Shown here in pieces: positions 17,382-20,000 of a stretch of DNA of 20,000 nt (its first letter is position 1; each line of letters starts with the position of its first letter). Under the pieces are notes generated by a model. That model was not told the origin of the DNA and did not search any database. It worked only from the letters and a program-made list of their open reading frames with translations. The translations under genes were made by a program, and so were the position numbers. Source of the stretch: an uncultured virus (IMG/VR IMGVR_UViG_3300042691_049071). Lineage: Duplodnaviria; Heunggongvirae; Uroviricota; Caudoviricetes. Where the stretch lies: the IMG/VR virus record IMGVR_UViG_3300042691_049071; one strand, written 5' to 3'.

Positions 17382-17723
17382 CTATAGACTCTCAAAAGTT
17401 ACGGCTTGATTGGCGAACATCCTGATCTGCTGAATCAACATCATTTTATTTTCAGGGTTTGATTCCGCTTCTAGCTGATCGCGTAGATTTAAAATCCACT
17501 CAATAATCTTGACTGTGGACTCTTTTGTTGGATTGTCAAACAGTCCTATAGTTTGCGCGATCGTCGCATTAAGGATTTCGCCCCACTCAAGACAATCAAT
17601 ACTTTGCGCTAAAGTCAAGCTAAATTTGTTAACCGCTTCGTGCTTAGCTTTTCTATCCTCGGTTGTGGGCGGATGATATTTAAACCAATCACTCAACGGG
17701 ATGCCTAGATATAGTGTTTCCAT
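17382..17723 (-). CDS. Acb2/Tad1-like helical hairpin protein (candidate anti-defence nucleotide sponge)
   Basis: WFKYHPP...K.HE..N...L.LA..I at the N-terminus and L..IRMFANQAV at the C-terminus match my recollection of this family; strong RBS GAGGAGG. Confidence 0.6.
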   Translation of the reverse strand: METLYLGIPLSDWFKYHPPTTEDRKAKHEAVNKFSLTLAQSIDCLEWGEILNATIAQTIGLFDNPTKESTVKIIEWILNLRDQLEAESNPENKMMLIQQIRMFANQAVTFESL

Positions 17724-17904
17724 AATCCTCCTCAGATGCTTGATAAAGATTAAAAACCACCAGTTAAACCTTCAAGCACTGCCTTCGACAATATACGCGG
17801 TGCGTGTATCTCTGGCTTAGCTATTGATTCAACTGATGTTTTTGCGAATGGTGTTTTGAGCGCCAAGTAATTAGTTTTGAAAGAACAATTACTAATAAAC
17901 TTTT

Positions 17905-18385
17905 ATACAATCGCGCTTAGGACAAGGAGGATCTGACTTTCAATCTTTCGATTAGGCTGAAGGATTATAAGGGACTATCCACTCCCTAGACCTTTGGGCT
18001 TGCACCAACACTTGATCTGCTCTAAGCGCGATCGCATAGTAGATAGATTTCTCTATCCGCACTTTCTCTGGACAAGAAAGTAGTAGAGTAATCAACCGCC
18101 AGCACCATGTCTGGCATTTGCCGACACAGGGGCTTAAAGGTGCTTGTGTGTTACCACGGTTGATTGAGTGCGATCGCTGCCTCTGATATCTTTGGGCTTC
18201 ATATCCCCATCGACTTGCGAATCGCTGCATACTAAGGTCGTTATCCCACGAAGTAATGTTTCAACCGCGCCGCTCAGTTGCGTTAGTTGTGATCGCATAG
18301 CTATTACCCTAATCCGCAAGTACAGAAGTCCTTTTCGGGACCCCCTCTCACGGGGTAGTAGTGAACTACCGTACTAAGCGATCGC
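17905..18385 (-). ncRNA. candidate large structured ncRNA of unknown class (~480 nt, may extend to ~17735)
   Basis: Dense nested inverted repeats, several closed by GNRA tetraloops on the - strand; own extended -10 promoter; no convincing ORF. Confidence 0.6.
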
Positions 18386-18391
18386 AATGCA

Positions 18392-18410
18392 ATTCTAACA
18401 CAATATTGTG
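18392..18410 (-). promoter_or_regulatory. extended -10 promoter (TG-T-TAGAAT, 18400-18392) overlapped by a perfect 12-bp palindrome CACAATATTGTG (18399-18410)
   Basis: Read directly; lies just downstream of the stop of the 18426-19037 gene and points into the structured region. Confidence 0.55.
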
Positions 18411-18425
18411 GGATTCCGATCCGAA

Positions 18426-19037
18426 CTAATTGACCTGTTTTACAATTTTCTTGCACTGAAACTTACAATCCAGCCAGTATGGGTGTTCTCCTGTTGGCCA
18501 AAGACTGCCACGCTCGCTCTTAGCTCCTTCTGTCTGCAAATCTATCTTCAGTAGATTGTTGGAGCTTATATTGGTAATCGTTGCCCTGACTGGCTCCACG
18601 AATAATTGAGGGTAGTAGCTATCGTAATCAATGATAACTTCGTCACCGATCGCCAATAGATTTGACAAAACAATCCAGCCACCAAGATTTAGCCGCTCGA
18701 CTGTTTCGCCTTCTTTTAATAAATTCTCGTACATTTGATCTCCGTAATATTGTAAAAGCCCAACCAATACCTTTAGAAGCGCCAACCAAATCCTTTGATC
18801 TGTTTGGATTTCGAGGAACTTGTTTGCCGCAATCCATGCGGATGAAGCAGGAAACTCTTCCCACTTTTCTTCATACAACTCAAGCCAAACAGCTAGGTTT
18901 AAAAGCTCTATTAAGCGATGTAGTTCATCTCTATCTAGGCAGGCGATCGCATCGGCAACTTCCTTGGGTATCTCAATCCCGAATCTACGCATAGTAGAGT
19001 CTATACATTTGGATCTCCAAATCTGCTCGGTAAACAT
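18426..19037 (-). CDS. hypothetical protein
   Basis: GGAGG RBS before ATG 19037 (MFTEQIW), 4 nt after the ParB-like stop. Confidence 0.65.
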   Translation of the reverse strand: MFTEQIWRSKCIDSTMRRFGIEIPKEVADAIACLDRDELHRLIELLNLAVWLELYEEKWEEFPASSAWIAANKFLEIQTDQRIWLALLKVLVGLLQYYGDQMYENLLKEGETVERLNLGGWIVLSNLLAIGDEVIIDYDSYYPQLFVEPVRATITNISSNNLLKIDLQTEGAKSERGSLWPTGEHPYWLDCKFQCKKIVKQVN

Positions 19038-19041
19038 AGCT

Positions 19042-19686
19042 TTAGCCTCCATAATAATCAGCACATAAATACTCAAGCGATCGCCCCATCTTGACGGAAT
19101 AATTTTCGCCCTCGATATTAGCCTCCTGCATTACCTTTTCCAGCGCTGCCCTCACGATCTCCACAGCGTCCGTAGGAACACTAAAGATCATTCGAGTGAA
19201 TTCGTCACTGGCTTCGGGAGGAGCCTTCTCTTTGGCAAGTTCTAACATCTTGGAGATATCTTCTTTTGTATAGGGGATGGGCTGAAAGGTGCGATCGCCT
19301 AACGCTGCTTCAATATCTCTAAGCGACTTACTTAGCTTAACTGGTTCATGCTCGCCATATCCGTGCGAGGCATGCGTTAATAACTGGCATTCTTCATCCG
19401 TTAGTCCTGTAATAACGTGGCATAGCAAATATTCGAGGTTCTCGATATACCGATGCTCACCATCAATGATTTCGTATTCGCCCTCAATAAAAGGGTGAGG
19501 ACGGACAAGTATCTCGGCAACCTGCGTGAACAACTTCATACTCCCTCCAAGTGCTCTTTGGGCTTTGGGGGTTAAAAAATTGGCGTTCCAATTATTCGGG
19601 TGAATTTTTGAGGTTTCAATTCTTACACTGCGCTCAATCTTGATTCGCTGAGCGATCGGCAGCGAATAATCAATCTTCTTCGTCAT
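19042..19686 (-). CDS. ParB/Srx N-terminal domain protein
   Basis: IHPNNWNAN...ILVRP....YEIIDGEHRY. Confidence 0.8.
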   Translation of the reverse strand: MTKKIDYSLPIAQRIKIERSVRIETSKIHPNNWNANFLTPKAQRALGGSMKLFTQVAEILVRPHPFIEGEYEIIDGEHRYIENLEYLLCHVITGLTDEECQLLTHASHGYGEHEPVKLSKSLRDIEAALGDRTFQPIPYTKEDISKMLELAKEKAPPEASDEFTRMIFSVPTDAVEIVRAALEKVMQEANIEGENYSVKMGRSLEYLCADYYGG

Positions 19687-20000
19687 CTTCTTCCTCTTGA
19701 AATTTCTTGGGCATAATCACTGATGTCAAAAAAGACTCCTGCTCCACTCCGTCGCATGGGCTAACCATTACCAATGGTCGAGTCCCCTCGTATACCTCCA
19801 GCTTAACGTGTTTTGAGTTTGTGGTATCCAAGATATGCTGCAAGTATTTTATGTTGAACCGAGCAGCAAATCCTGACACGCCAACATCGCATGGCAGCGA
19901 TTCTTCCACTCTGCCCACACCCGCAACTTCGGCAACAAGTATCAGTTCATCACCCTTGATAGTAATGTCAACCAAATAGCTGGTAATTTCGCCTTCGCAT
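19670..20000 (-). CDS. dnaN: DNA polymerase III beta sliding clamp-like protein, C-terminal part (5'-truncated by the window)
   Basis: 'G.VEE.LPC...F.ARFN.KYL..IL.....V.L.....RPLV......L..VIMP' matches the clamp C-terminal domain; frame stays open to the window edge. Confidence 0.75.
   Translation of the reverse strand, partial: CEGEITSYLVDITIKGDELILVAEVAGVGRVEESLPCDVGVSGFAARFNIKYLQHILDTTNSKHVKLEVYEGTRPLVMVSPCDGVEQESFLTSVIMPKKFQEEEDDEED

Larger units (their letters stand above)
47..19298. repeat. HIP1 octamer GCGATCGC, about 65 dispersed copies
   Basis: Manual count gives ~3.3 per kb, against ~0.3 copies expected by chance in 20 kb. Confidence 0.95.

Noticed and set aside
17952..18377. ORFs 17952-18230(-), 18134-18319(-) and 18168-18377(+)
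   Set aside because: They overlap each other, lack a clear RBS and have unprotein-like composition; RNA structure explains the region better.
17905..18385. Structured region as RNase P RNA, tmRNA, tRNA, or group I/II intron
   Set aside because: Only fragmentary resemblance (GGUGCAAGCCCAAA, GAUAGUCC). I found no GAGGAAAGUCC, tRNA-like ends, P7 partner, group II domain V or interrupted host gene.
943..19979. Numerous short antisense or alternative-frame ORFs in the track (e.g. 943-1266, 6448-6747, 9599-9805, 9979-10311, 15325-15603, 18662-18994, 19707-19979)
   Set aside because: They lie opposite or within well-supported genes and have no motifs or RBS.

Overview
This is a gene-dense segment of a cyanobacterial temperate phage or prophage; the HIP1 octamer GCGATCGC occurs about 65 times by manual count. 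The + strand (1-14865) carries an early/replication and nucleotide-metabolism operon. It contains a truncated TnpB, a C5 DNA methyltransferase, dCTP deaminase, ThyX, a class II (B12-dependent) ribonucleotide reductase, RusA, two tandem SSBs and many small hypothetical genes. The reductase gene is split inside its catalytic Cys codon by a compact 222-nt ORF-less group I intron. The - strand (20000-14862) carries a partial beta-clamp, a ParB-N protein and a hypothetical gene. These are followed by a ~700-nt interval without a convincing gene that looks like a large, GNRA-rich structured ncRNA with its own promoter, then an Acb2/Tad1-like gene, terS and terL. The strongest leads are the candidate large ncRNA, the group I intron in nrdJ, the Acb2/Tad1-like anti-defence candidate and the operon-embedded TnpB N-terminal fragment. 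All calls come from reading the sequence by eye; no searches or folding programs were run.
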